In this document: piece after piece, positions 1 through 8,710 of the stretch
Position numbering within the stretch: position 1 is the stretch's first letter
How the letters are laid out: the number at the start of each line of letters is the position of its first letter
DNA from: an uncultured Burkholderiaceae bacterium
GTDB taxonomy: Bacteria; Pseudomonadota; Gammaproteobacteria; Burkholderiales; Burkholderiaceae_C
Reading direction: 5' to 3'
Length of the DNA: 27,482 nucleotides
NCBI GenBank assembly: GCA_964486575.1
Contig: CAZANT010000001.1
Coordinates: forward strand, 1 to 27,482
Made by a program: the position numbers and the translations under genes
Notes under the pieces: model-generated
Seen by the model: only the letters and a program-made list of their open reading frames with translations
Told to the model about the DNA's origin: nothing
The model's database searches: none

Positions 1-1
1 C

Positions 2-1954
2 GGCACCGGCCAGACCAGCATCCGCGCCACCCAGGACCTGCAGATCATCAGCGGCTTGCCACCGCTGGTGCGCGAAGAAGACCAGTACCGCGCCCAGTTC
101 ACCCTGCGTAACACCACAGCACGGGCCATGAAAGTGGCGGTGTCGCCGCGCGCGACGCTGCTCACCCTGCAGCCACAGACGGTGGACCTTGCCGCGGGCG
201 AAGCGAAAGAAGTCACCTGGGACGTCAACGCCCCCGCGCAACTGGCCTTCACCCGCGCCGAGGCCATCCTCTGGGAGATCGAAGCGCGGGAAACCGGCGC
301 CACGGGCACCACACCGGCGCGGGACGCGCTGAAAGCCAGCCAACGCATCGTGCCGGCCGTGCCCATGACGGTCCAGCAAGCCACGCTGGTGCAATTGGAT
401 GGCAACTTCACCTTGCCCGTACAGCCACCCCCGGACGCGCTGCAGACCAACGGCCAGGTCCGCGGAGGGCTCAGGCTGGGTCTGCAGGCCAAACTGGCCG
501 ACAGCCTGCCTGGCGTTGAAGACTGGTTCGCCCGCTACCCTTACACCTGTCTGGAGCAAAAAACCAGCAAGGCCATTGGCCTGCGCGACGCAAAGCTGTG
601 GCAAACGCTGGTGGCACAGCTGCCGGGCTACCTGGACGCCGACGGCTTGGCCAACTACTTCCCACCACGCGACGGTGAAGGCAACCGCGGCAGCGACGCG
701 CTCACCGCCTACCTGCTGCTGGCCAGCGCAGAAGCCGCCAGCCAGGACCCGCGCTTCGACTTGCCAGCCGACGCCCGCGCGCTGATGGTGCAGGGCCTGA
801 CGGCGTTTGTCGAAGGCCGCATCAACCGCAGCGGCTGGAGCCCGCAAAAAGACCTCGATGTTCGCAAGCTCGCGGCGCTGGACGCGCTGGCCCGCAGCGG
901 CCAAGCCAAAGGTCGCATGCTGACCAGCATCACCGTGGCGCCGAACCAGTGGCCCACCCATGCGGTACTGCACTGGGCCAACGTGCTGCAGCGGGTCACC
1001 GACGCGCCGCAGCGCACCGAGCGGCTGGCCGAAGCGATGCAAATCCTGCGTGCCCGGCTGGCCTACAACGGCACACGGACGGGCTTCTCCACCGACGCCA
1101 GCGACGGCTGGTGGTGGCTGATGGCCAGCGCCGACACCAACGCTGCGCAACTGCTGCTCACGGTGATGGACGATGCCGCCTGGCGGGGCGACATCGGCCG
1201 GCTCGCCACCGGCCTGCTGGCGCGCCAGCAGCGCGGCGCTTGGGGAACCACCACCGCCAACCTGTGGGGCAGCCTGGCTTTGCGCAAGTTTTCTGCCCGG
1301 TTCGAGTCCACGCCAGTCACTGGCACCACGCGCGCCAGCACGGCGGCCGCCCGCGGCAGCGTGGACTGGGCCAAGGCAGCCAGCCCGTCCCCCCTGGCCC
1401 TGACCCTGCCCTGGGGCAAAGACACTTCAGGAGACCAACTCAGCGTTACCCAGCAGGGCACGGGCAAGCCCTGGCTCACGCTGCAGTCGCTGGCGGCGGT
1501 GCCCCTGACCCGGCCGTTCAGCGCCGGCTACCAGATCCAAAAAACCGTCACGCCAACCCAGCAAGCCGTCAAAGGCCAATTCAACCGCGGCGACATCGTC
1601 CGCGTGACGCTGGAGATCAACGCCACGGCCGACATGACCTGGGTGGTGGTGAGTGACCCCATTCCTGGCGGCGCCACCATTCTGGGTGGTGGCCTGGGGC
1701 GCGACTCCGAGATCGCCACCCAGGGCGAAAAACAAAGTGGCAACGCGTCACCCGTGTTTGAAGAACGCAGCTTCGAGGCCTTGCGCAGCTACTTTGACTA
1801 CCTGCCCAAAGGCAAGGTCAAAGTGGAATACACGGTGCGCCTGAACAACGTTGGCGACTTTTCGCTGCCCCCCACTCGGGTGGAAGCGATGTACGCCCCT
1901 GAGGTCTACGGGGAATTGCCCAACGCCCGCGTGAAGGTGGGGGCGGCCAAGTGA
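2..1954 (+). CDS. Bacterial alpha-2-macroglobulin family protein, C-terminal part (5' end lies outside the window)
   Basis: The frame is open from position 2 (GTGQTSIRATQDLQIISGLPPLVRE...), so the TTG at 56 is not the real start. Thioester motif YPYTCLEQ (CLEQ at 548..559). The C-terminus (VVSDPIPGGATIL...YTVRLNNVGDFSLPPTRVEAMYAPE) is typical of the A2M receptor-binding domain. It lies directly upstream of pbpC, as in the known yfhM-pbpC pair. Confidence 0.93.
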   Translation, partial: GTGQTSIRATQDLQIISGLPPLVREEDQYRAQFTLRNTTARAMKVAVSPRATLLTLQPQTVDLAAGEAKEVTWDVNAPAQLAFTRAEAILWEIEARETGATGTTPARDALKASQRIVPAVPMTVQQATLVQLDGNFTLPVQPPPDALQTNGQVRGGLRLGLQAKLADSLPGVEDWFARYPYTCLEQKTSKAIGLRDAKLWQTLVAQLPGYLDADGLANYFPPRDGEGNRGSDALTAYLLLASAEAASQDPRFDLPADARALMVQGLTAFVEGRINRSGWSPQKDLDVRKLAALDALARSGQAKGRMLTSITVAPNQWPTHAVLHWANVLQRVTDAPQRTERLAEAMQILRARLAYNGTRTGFSTDASDGWWWLMASADTNAAQLLLTVMDDAAWRGDIGRLATGLLARQQRGAWGTTTANLWGSLALRKFSARFESTPVTGTTRASTAAARGSVDWAKAASPSPLALTLPWGKDTSGDQLSVTQQGTGKPWLTLQSLAAVPLTRPFSAGYQIQKTVTPTQQAVKGQFNRGDIVRVTLEINATADMTWVVVSDPIPGGATILGGGLGRDSEIATQGEKQSGNASPVFEERSFEALRSYFDYLPKGKVKVEYTVRLNNVGDFSLPPTRVEAMYAPEVYGELPNARVKVGAAK

Positions 1955-4155
1955 CCACCCGCCAGACAGCCCGTCTGCTGCGAAAGGCGGCTGCTATCTT
2001 ATTGATAGTAATACCATTAGATTCGGCTAGGGCCGTCCCGGCTTTTGACACGATAAGGGCCGATTTCAGGCCGTCCGACGTGCTGTTGACCGACCGCAGT
2101 GGCCACCCCCTGCAACGCCTGCGCACCGACGTCACGGTACGGCGTGGTCAGTGGGTGGCGCTGGCCGACATGTCGCCCGCGCTGCGCGAGGCCATGCTGC
2201 TGTCGGAAGACCGGCGCTTTTACGAACACAGTGGCATTGACTGGCGCGCCGTCTCAGCGGCTGCCTGGGGCAACCTGTGGCACAGCAAAACCCGGGGCGC
2301 CTCCACCATCACCATGCAACTCGCTGGCCTGCTGGACGACGACTTGCAGCACCGGCCCGGCGGTCGCAGCCTTGGCGCCAAGCTCGGCCAGACCGTGGCC
2401 GCACAGGCGCTGGAGCGGCGCTGGCGCAAAGACCAGATCTTGGAAGCCTGGCTCAACCTGGTGCCACTGCGCGGTGAGCTGGTCGGTATCGACGCACTCA
2501 GCCAGACCTTGTTCGGCAAAGCCCCCCACGGGCTGGACGACCGGGAAGCCGCTGTGGCCGCCGCCCTGGTTCGCGCACCCAATGCCCGGCCCGCCCAGGT
2601 GACCCAGCGCGCCTGCGCGTTGCTGAAAACCATGGCCAGCGCCATGCCGGACTGCGCTGGGCTGGACACCTTCGCCGCGCTGGTGCTGCAACGCAAGGCC
2701 TATGCGCCGAGCGACGGCATGGCGCCGCACCTGGCGCAGCACCTGCTGCGGCACAGTGCTGCGCCTGGCACGGCCACGCTGGCCACCAGCCTGCGCGCGC
2801 CGCTGCAACGCTTTGCCAGCCAGAGCCTGCAACAGCATCTGCGCGAGCTGCGCGGCCGCCATGTACAGGACGGCGCGGTGCTGGTGCTCGACAACGCCAG
2901 CGGCGAGGTGCTTGCGTGGGTCGGCTCGTCCGGCCCGCTGAGCGCCAGCGCCGAGGTGGACCACGTCCTGGCGCTGCGCCAGCCCGGCTCCACCCTCAAA
3001 CCTTTTTTGTACGCACAGGCCATTGCCCAGCGGCGGCTCACTGCTGCCTCGCTGCTCGACGATACACCGACCCACATCGCCACCGGCGGGGGCCTGTACG
3101 TACCGCAAAACTACGACCACCGCTTCAAGGGCTTGGTGTCGGTGCGCACCGCCTTGGCTGCTTCGCTCAACGTGCCGGCGGTCCGCACCCTTGCCATGGT
3201 CTCGCCCGACGCCTTCCACAAACAACTGCGGTCGCTCGGCCTGCCGCTGAAAGAAAGCGGCGACTACTACGGCTTCAGCCTGGCGCTGGGAAGCGCTGAG
3301 GTTTCACTGCTGAACCTCACCAATGCCTACCGCGCATTGGCCAACGGCGGTCGCGCTGGGCCGGTGCGCTTCACCCCCGGCACCACCGTGCCGAAGCAGG
3401 CAGCACTCGAACCGCGGGCTGCCTTCATCGTCACCGACATCCTCAGCGACCCCCACGCCCGCGCCCGCACCTTTGGCACCGACAGCGTGCTATCCACCCG
3501 TTTCTGGACCGCCGTCAAAACCGGCACCAGCAAAGACCTGCGCGACAACTGGGCACTCGGCTACTCGTCCCGCTACACCGTGGGCGTGTGGGTCGGCAAC
3601 GCCAGCGGCGCGCCAATGTGGGATGTCAGTGGCACCAGCGGCGCCGCTCCGGTGTGGGCGGCGGTGATGCAGTTCCTGCACCAGCACGAACCCAGCCGCA
3701 CACCTGTGCCGCCCGCTGGACTGCAGCACGCCGCTGTGCAGTTCGGTCCCGGGCTCGAAGCGGCCCGCGACGAGTGGTTTCTGCCCGGCACGGCGCAGGC
3801 TAAATTTGCTATGGATTCAGGAGCAGTTTTACAGGATTCCACTGGGGCTCCAAGTAAAACTGACTCAAGCCTGCCAGCCAAAATCGTTCACCCGACCGCG
3901 GGCACCATCGTTGCGCTCGACCCCGACATTCCCCCCCACCGTCAGCGGCTGCAACTGCAGGCCAGTGGCCCCGCCGTGCGCTGGCTACTTGATGGCCAAC
4001 CCCTGGGACGTGGCGCCGGCATCGCATGGCTGCCCTGGCCGGGCAAACACACTCTCTCGCTACAGGACGCGCGAGGCCAGACGATGGACAGCGTGCGCAT
4101 CGAGGTACGGGGCGCAGGGGTGAGAACCGCGGCGCTGGCTTCAACCACGCGGTGA
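1951..4155 (+). CDS. pbpC: Penicillin-binding protein 1C (transglycosylase/transpeptidase with C-terminal BiPBP_C-like domain)
   Basis: GT51 motifs EDRRFYEHSGID and RGASTITMQLA; transpeptidase motifs SxxK (GSTLK), SxN (SLN) and KTGT. The GTG start overlaps the A2M stop (GTGA). Confidence 0.93.
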   Translation: MTTRQTARLLRKAAAILLIVIPLDSARAVPAFDTIRADFRPSDVLLTDRSGHPLQRLRTDVTVRRGQWVALADMSPALREAMLLSEDRRFYEHSGIDWRAVSAAAWGNLWHSKTRGASTITMQLAGLLDDDLQHRPGGRSLGAKLGQTVAAQALERRWRKDQILEAWLNLVPLRGELVGIDALSQTLFGKAPHGLDDREAAVAAALVRAPNARPAQVTQRACALLKTMASAMPDCAGLDTFAALVLQRKAYAPSDGMAPHLAQHLLRHSAAPGTATLATSLRAPLQRFASQSLQQHLRELRGRHVQDGAVLVLDNASGEVLAWVGSSGPLSASAEVDHVLALRQPGSTLKPFLYAQAIAQRRLTAASLLDDTPTHIATGGGLYVPQNYDHRFKGLVSVRTALAASLNVPAVRTLAMVSPDAFHKQLRSLGLPLKESGDYYGFSLALGSAEVSLLNLTNAYRALANGGRAGPVRFTPGTTVPKQAALEPRAAFIVTDILSDPHARARTFGTDSVLSTRFWTAVKTGTSKDLRDNWALGYSSRYTVGVWVGNASGAPMWDVSGTSGAAPVWAAVMQFLHQHEPSRTPVPPAGLQHAAVQFGPGLEAARDEWFLPGTAQAKFAMDSGAVLQDSTGAPSKTDSSLPAKIVHPTAGTIVALDPDIPPHRQRLQLQASGPAVRWLLDGQPLGRGAGIAWLPWPGKHTLSLQDARGQTMDSVRIEVRGAGVRTAALASTTR

Positions 4156-4902
4156 GCGCCGCTGGTGCACCACTGGGTGCCGCTCTGCCCACCAGAGCCG
4201 CCAAATGGTGCCGAAAATCCCCTTGGCTGCAGCGATCACACCGCGGACGGTGCCGCTGATTTTGGAGCGGCCAATGCGTGGCAACAATCTCACCGGCACC
4301 TCCACCATCTGCAGACCAACCTGGATCGCCCGCACCTGCATTTCCACTGTCCAGCCAAAGCGCCGATCGCGCATCGCCATGCGTTGAAGTGCATCGGCGC
4401 GTACCGCGCGGAAGGGCCCAAGATCGGTCACCGCCACACGCCACAACAGTCGTATCAGGGCGCTGGCCAGCAGGTTGCCAAACCGCTGCGGGAAACCCAT
4501 CGCGTCGGCTGGTGGGTTGTGCCGGGCGCCAACCACCAGGTCGGCACCAGCCAACATGGGCGCCAGCAGATCGGCGGTTTGGGTGAGGTCCACCGACGCG
4601 TCGCCGTCGATGAACACCAGGCACCGCGCATGCGGCACCGCAGCCACACCGGCCAGGCAGGCCGCGCCGTAGCCGCGCTCAGTTTGCAGCACCACCCGGG
4701 CCCCGGCCCCGCGGGCGTGGTCGGCGGTGTCGTCGGTGGAGCCGTTGTTCACCACCACCACGCGGTCAAACACCGGCACCCCGCCCATGCGCTGGGCCAG
4801 TGCCTGCTGCACCACCCGACCAATGGCGTCGGCCTCGTTGAAGGCGGGCACCACCGCCACGCAGGGCCGTAGCCCAGCCAGTTGCAACGGGTCAGGCGAC
4901 AT
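4141..4902 (-). CDS. GT2 glycosyltransferase, Dpm1/polyprenol-phosphate glycosyltransferase-like (253 aa)
   Basis: Motifs VVPAFNEA, VVNNGSTDDT, RGYGAAC, FIDGD and DLGPFRAVR. Start reassigned to the ATG of MSPDPL, which follows GAGGGAAAG and overlaps the upstream stop by 11 bp. The 3' end overlaps pbpC by 15 bp. Confidence 0.85.
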   Translation of the reverse strand: MSPDPLQLAGLRPCVAVVPAFNEADAIGRVVQQALAQRMGGVPVFDRVVVVNNGSTDDTADHARGAGARVVLQTERGYGAACLAGVAAVPHARCLVFIDGDASVDLTQTADLLAPMLAGADLVVGARHNPPADAMGFPQRFGNLLASALIRLLWRVAVTDLGPFRAVRADALQRMAMRDRRFGWTVEMQVRAIQVGLQMVEVPVRLLPRIGRSKISGTVRGVIAAAKGIFGTIWRLWWAERHPVVHQRRSPRG

Positions 4903-6208
4903 GACTTTCCCTCGTTTGGCGCTGTCGTCGCTGTTGCCACCTGTCAACACCTGCCCCCAACAGCCATGCCAGCGCCACCGCCCACAGTGGCCAGTCGGCG
5001 GGTTGCCACACGCCCTCGCCGACAAAGCGGTCCAACACTTCATAGGCCAGCGGCACCGCGCTCACCCAGGCGAGCAGCCAAGCCCGGGGTTGCAGAGCCA
5101 AGGCGGGGACCAGCAGGCACAGGTACCAGGGAAACACCACCGGGCTGAACAGCAGCGGCGCGGCCAGCGCGAGTTGCAGGCCACTGACCCAGCGGGTGCG
5201 CGCCAGCCGTGCCGCCCAAGCCAGGCCAGCCAGCGTCAAGCCAACCGCCAGCGAGCCCGCCACCTCGGGCCGCGCCACCGACGCGAGTGCCGCAAACACC
5301 GGCGAGCCACCGCGCCACTTGGCGAAAAACACCCCCAAGCTGCCCACCGGCTGCAGACCCAACACCAGCGCCACACCGTAGCCCCCCGCCAACACCGCGA
5401 GCAACGCCAAGCTCAGCGTCATCGCCTGCTGCCAGCCTGCACGCTGCAACAAGCCCACCGCGAGCGGCAGCGCCGCCATCAAGGGCGCCAGCTTGACCAG
5501 CGCGCCCATGCCCAGCGCTGCGCCCGCAGCCAGCGGTCTGGAGGTCACGATGGCCCACAGACCCAGCGCCAGCGCCAGGGTGGAGACCGCGTCCACATGA
5601 GCACCTACGCCCGCTTCCAGCAGCAGCAAGGGCGACAAAGCCACCAGCGGCAAGTGCTGCGCCGCCCCTTGGCGCACCAGCACGTCCCGCATGACCCACA
5701 GTGTGGCCAGGCTGGCGGCGGAGGCCAACAGCTTCCACACCCAGACACCCCACACCGGCCCCGCCGTGGCCGACAGCGCAAACAGTGCCAAGGCGCCAGG
5801 CGGGTAGAGCGTGGGGTAGGCCGCGTGTTCGGCGGGTGTGGGCCAGAACGCACGCAGGTTGGCGACGGCGGGGGAGTCGGGGGCGACGCGGTAGGGGTCC
5901 AAGCCCGCCAGGGCCACGGCACCGTCCCACAGGTAACGCTCCACGTCGTGGGTGGTGAAGGCCGGCAGCGCCAGCACCAGCAACCGGGCCAGTACGCCAG
6001 CCAGCAGCGTGCCGTGCTGTGGTGCGTCCGGGTACTGGCAACTCAGCCGCCAGCCGACCAGCATCAGCCCCGTCAACGCCAGGTGCCAGACCATGGTGGC
6101 GCTGCCACGCCAAGACGGCGGCACCACAACCACCCACCAGCCGCCAGCGGCCACCGCCACGAACGCGAGGTTCAGAGCCGCCTGGGCGCGGTATCCCACC
6201 ACGTTCAC
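4892..6208 (-). CDS. Polytopic membrane protein, GT-C fold glycosyltransferase-like (GT87/DUF2029-like; about 438 aa)
   Basis: Many hydrophobic helices; N-terminal loop motif DVERYLWDG...GLDPY...P; YPTLYPP; late PVVFPWY motif. The GTG start (MNVVGYRAQ) overlaps the upstream stop (GTGA). Confidence 0.7.
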   Translation of the reverse strand: MNVVGYRAQAALNLAFVAVAAGGWWVVVVPPSWRGSATMVWHLALTGLMLVGWRLSCQYPDAPQHGTLLAGVLARLLVLALPAFTTHDVERYLWDGAVALAGLDPYRVAPDSPAVANLRAFWPTPAEHAAYPTLYPPGALALFALSATAGPVWGVWVWKLLASAASLATLWVMRDVLVRQGAAQHLPLVALSPLLLLEAGVGAHVDAVSTLALALGLWAIVTSRPLAAGAALGMGALVKLAPLMAALPLAVGLLQRAGWQQAMTLSLALLAVLAGGYGVALVLGLQPVGSLGVFFAKWRGGSPVFAALASVARPEVAGSLAVGLTLAGLAWAARLARTRWVSGLQLALAAPLLFSPVVFPWYLCLLVPALALQPRAWLLAWVSAVPLAYEVLDRFVGEGVWQPADWPLWAVALAWLLGAGVDRWQQRRQRQTRESHVA

Positions 6209-7686
6209 GCGACCGCCCTGACGCGCCACTCGCGCAGACTTTGCCCGCCAGAGAACAACAGCCCCCAGACGAACAACAGCAAAAACGGCGCCAGCGTCCA
6301 CTGCCCGAGCGTCACCGCCCAGACGGTGTAGCAGCCAAACAGCAAGGCCAGCGCCACCTCAAACAGCTCGTAGCCGGGCAGGCGCTGGGCGTAGCTGCGT
6401 GGCCGGGCCGCCAGACCATGGTTGCGCATCGCATGTTCACCCAGTTTGGGCGTGCGGATGAAAGCGCTCTCGCGACCCAGCAGGGCTTCGAGCACCGCGC
6501 GGCCATTGTTCAGCCCGAGTCCAACGGCGGTAGCGAGCAAGGCTGGCACGTACACCCAGCGCTGCTCCAGGCTGCCGAACAACCGCCGCTGCCCGACCAG
6601 AAAAAACAGCAAATGGCTGCCCGTGGCAAGCACCAGCAGCGGCAGGTCCACCCACCTCAGCGTATCGAGCCAACCGGTCTCTTGGCGCACGACAATGCTT
6701 GGCAAGAGAAAGACCGCGCCGTGGATGAGCATCAGCAGGTAGGCAAGGTTGCTGGACAAATGCAGCGTGGCTTCCAGCTTGTGGCGCAGCGGCAGCGGTG
6801 CCCGCCAGACCAGAGGCAGGGTCTTCTTCATCACCTGAATGGCGCCTTTGGCCCAGCGGTGCTGTTGGCTTTTGAAGGCGTTCATCTCCACAGGTAACTC
6901 GCTTGGGCAGGCCACCTGCTGCAGGTACACAAAACGCCAGCCGTGCAACTGGGCGCGGTAGCTCAGGTCGAGGTCTTCGGTGATGGTGTCCCACTGCCAG
7001 CCGCCCGCGTCGGCGATCGCCTGGGTGCGCCAGAGACCTGCCGTGCCGTTGAAGTTGAAAAACGCGCCGGTCTGGTAACGGGCTGGCTGGTCGATCACAA
7101 AGTGCGCATCCAGCATGATCGCCTGTACCTCGGTGAGCGTGCTGTAGTGGCGGTTGAGGTGGGCCCAGCGCGTCTGCACCATGCCGACTTTGGAGTCGCC
7201 GAACGGGCCGATGGCTTCGCGCAACAGGTTGGGCGAGGGCACAAAGTCGGCGTCAAAAATGGCGATGAATTCGCCTTTCGCCAGCGGCATCGCTGCGGCC
7301 AAAGCGCCGGCCTTGTAGCCGGTGCGGTCGATGCGGTGCAGGTGGTCAATCCAGCAGCCACGGGCGCGATGCCAGGCCACGCGGGCGGCAGCCAGGCCCA
7401 CGGTGTCGTCGGTGGAGTCGTCCAGCACCTGGATCTGCAGGCGGTCGGCCGGGTAGTCGAGCGCCGCGACCGCATCGATCAAACGCTCGACCACAAAACG
7501 TTCGTTGAAAACCGGCAACTGCACAGTAACTGTGGGCAGGCATTCGGGCCCCAGAATCGCCGTACTGGCTGGCGGCGTGCAGAGCGCCTGCCAAGTCAGC
7601 ACCAGCCGGTGCACGCCGTAAATACAGAGGACGAACAGCAGGCCGAAATGGCCCAGCAACACCCCTGCCGACACCCATGTGTCCAT
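6205..7686 (-). CDS. Processive GT2, cellulose-synthase-like (resembles plant CslA/CslC glucomannan/glucan synthases; 493 aa)
   Basis: D,D,D,QxxRW signature: VLDDSTD, GYKAGAL, IFDADF, FNFNGTAGLWR, TITEDLDLSYRAQ, QQHRWAKG. One N-terminal and several C-terminal TM helices. Confidence 0.9.
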   Translation of the reverse strand: MDTWVSAGVLLGHFGLLFVLCIYGVHRLVLTWQALCTPPASTAILGPECLPTVTVQLPVFNERFVVERLIDAVAALDYPADRLQIQVLDDSTDDTVGLAAARVAWHRARGCWIDHLHRIDRTGYKAGALAAAMPLAKGEFIAIFDADFVPSPNLLREAIGPFGDSKVGMVQTRWAHLNRHYSTLTEVQAIMLDAHFVIDQPARYQTGAFFNFNGTAGLWRTQAIADAGGWQWDTITEDLDLSYRAQLHGWRFVYLQQVACPSELPVEMNAFKSQQHRWAKGAIQVMKKTLPLVWRAPLPLRHKLEATLHLSSNLAYLLMLIHGAVFLLPSIVVRQETGWLDTLRWVDLPLLVLATGSHLLFFLVGQRRLFGSLEQRWVYVPALLATAVGLGLNNGRAVLEALLGRESAFIRTPKLGEHAMRNHGLAARPRSYAQRLPGYELFEVALALLFGCYTVWAVTLGQWTLAPFLLLFVWGLLFSGGQSLREWRVRAVA

Positions 7687-7707
7687 GTTCCGCTGCCGCT
7701 CGCCAGT

Positions 7708-8535
7708 TCAGCGGGCGTAGACCAGCGCCAGCCCGTAGGCCGTGCCGCGCAGGGTGTTGTTGCCGTAGACGTCGCGGGTCACGGTGAACTCTGCCGCCAA
7801 CGACGGGCCGAGCCTGACACCACCGGTCAACTCCACCTTGGCCAGGTCGAACTCCAGGTTCAGCGTTGGGTTGCCCGGACTCACCGCGCGGCGGTCGCTG
7901 TTGCCCAGCCCTTGGATGCCGTCAAGCTTGGTTCGGGCATAGACGCGCGACGTGATGTCGCCACCGTACTCCAGAAGGTAACGGAATTCGTCGGCCGGTG
8001 CGCCGAAGCGTTTGCGCAACCCGGCCTCGGCACCGAGGTAGCCCGCCTTGCCCAGCGAGCGGCCCAACTGCAAGCGAAACTCAAGGTCGGTCTGGCCATT
8101 GCCGAGGGCCACAGGGTCGTTCTCGCGGTAGGCGTAGGGCGCCTTGATCAACCACGAACTGGACACCACCGTTGGCCCGCTCGCATGCCGGAACCGCAAC
8201 CCCAGGTCGATGTCGCCCACGCCGGTGTTGCGCTGGCGTGCACCGGTGGTATCGGTGCTGTTCAGGCGTTTGTAGGGAACCGAGCCGTACAAGGCAACGT
8301 CGTCTCGCAATCCGTACTCAAAGTAGTAGGTGAGGTTGCGGTCGGTGAACTTGCGGAAGTTTGCCGGTGCGGCACCATAAAAGGACTCGCTTGAAAAACT
8401 GTTGACCGAAAGCTTGTTGTAGGACGTACCCTCTTTCGGCGTCCACGCCCCAGCCCGGGCCAAAAGCGGCACGGCCATCAGGCCAAACACCATGGGCAGG
8501 CGCAGCCACTGGGGGACACGATTAACGGGTCGCAT
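7708..8535 (-). CDS. Exported protein, putative outer-membrane beta-barrel (275 aa)
   Basis: ATG (MRPVNRVPQW) follows a GGAGA RBS. Signal peptide ends in ARA-GAW. Alternating amphipathic strands rich in Y/F/G (YYFEYGL, GVGDIDLGLRF, DLEFRLQLGRS, YGLALVY). The longer start in the ORF track (8775) overlaps lldD and is rejected. Confidence 0.65.
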   Translation of the reverse strand: MRPVNRVPQWLRLPMVFGLMAVPLLARAGAWTPKEGTSYNKLSVNSFSSESFYGAAPANFRKFTDRNLTYYFEYGLRDDVALYGSVPYKRLNSTDTTGARQRNTGVGDIDLGLRFRHASGPTVVSSSWLIKAPYAYRENDPVALGNGQTDLEFRLQLGRSLGKAGYLGAEAGLRKRFGAPADEFRYLLEYGGDITSRVYARTKLDGIQGLGNSDRRAVSPGNPTLNLEFDLAKVELTGGVRLGPSLAAEFTVTRDVYGNNTLRGTAYGLALVYAR

Positions 8536-8710
8536 GCAGGTCTCCATCGGGTTGTGAACAGGTGCAGCGCACTTGCTGCCCGTTGCAGAGCCCAGGTGCA
8601 GGTGCTGAGCGTCTGTCAGGGCCGCCGAGAAAAACTTACATACCGTTTGAAAATTTATCCAGACCATCGTGAACCCCGCCAATCGCCCACGAACGACCCA
8701 TAATTTGTGC

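Noticed and set aside
4727-8394. Long plus-strand ORFs 4727..6331 (534 aa), 6019..6897 and 6943..8394 (483 aa)
   Set aside because: Antisense to well-supported genes. The Q/R/H/P-rich composition is typical of high-GC shadow frames.
8640-8670. LldR/FadR-type operator upstream of lldD (TTTATCCAGACCAT)
   Set aside because: Only a half-site-like ACCA; no convincing palindrome.
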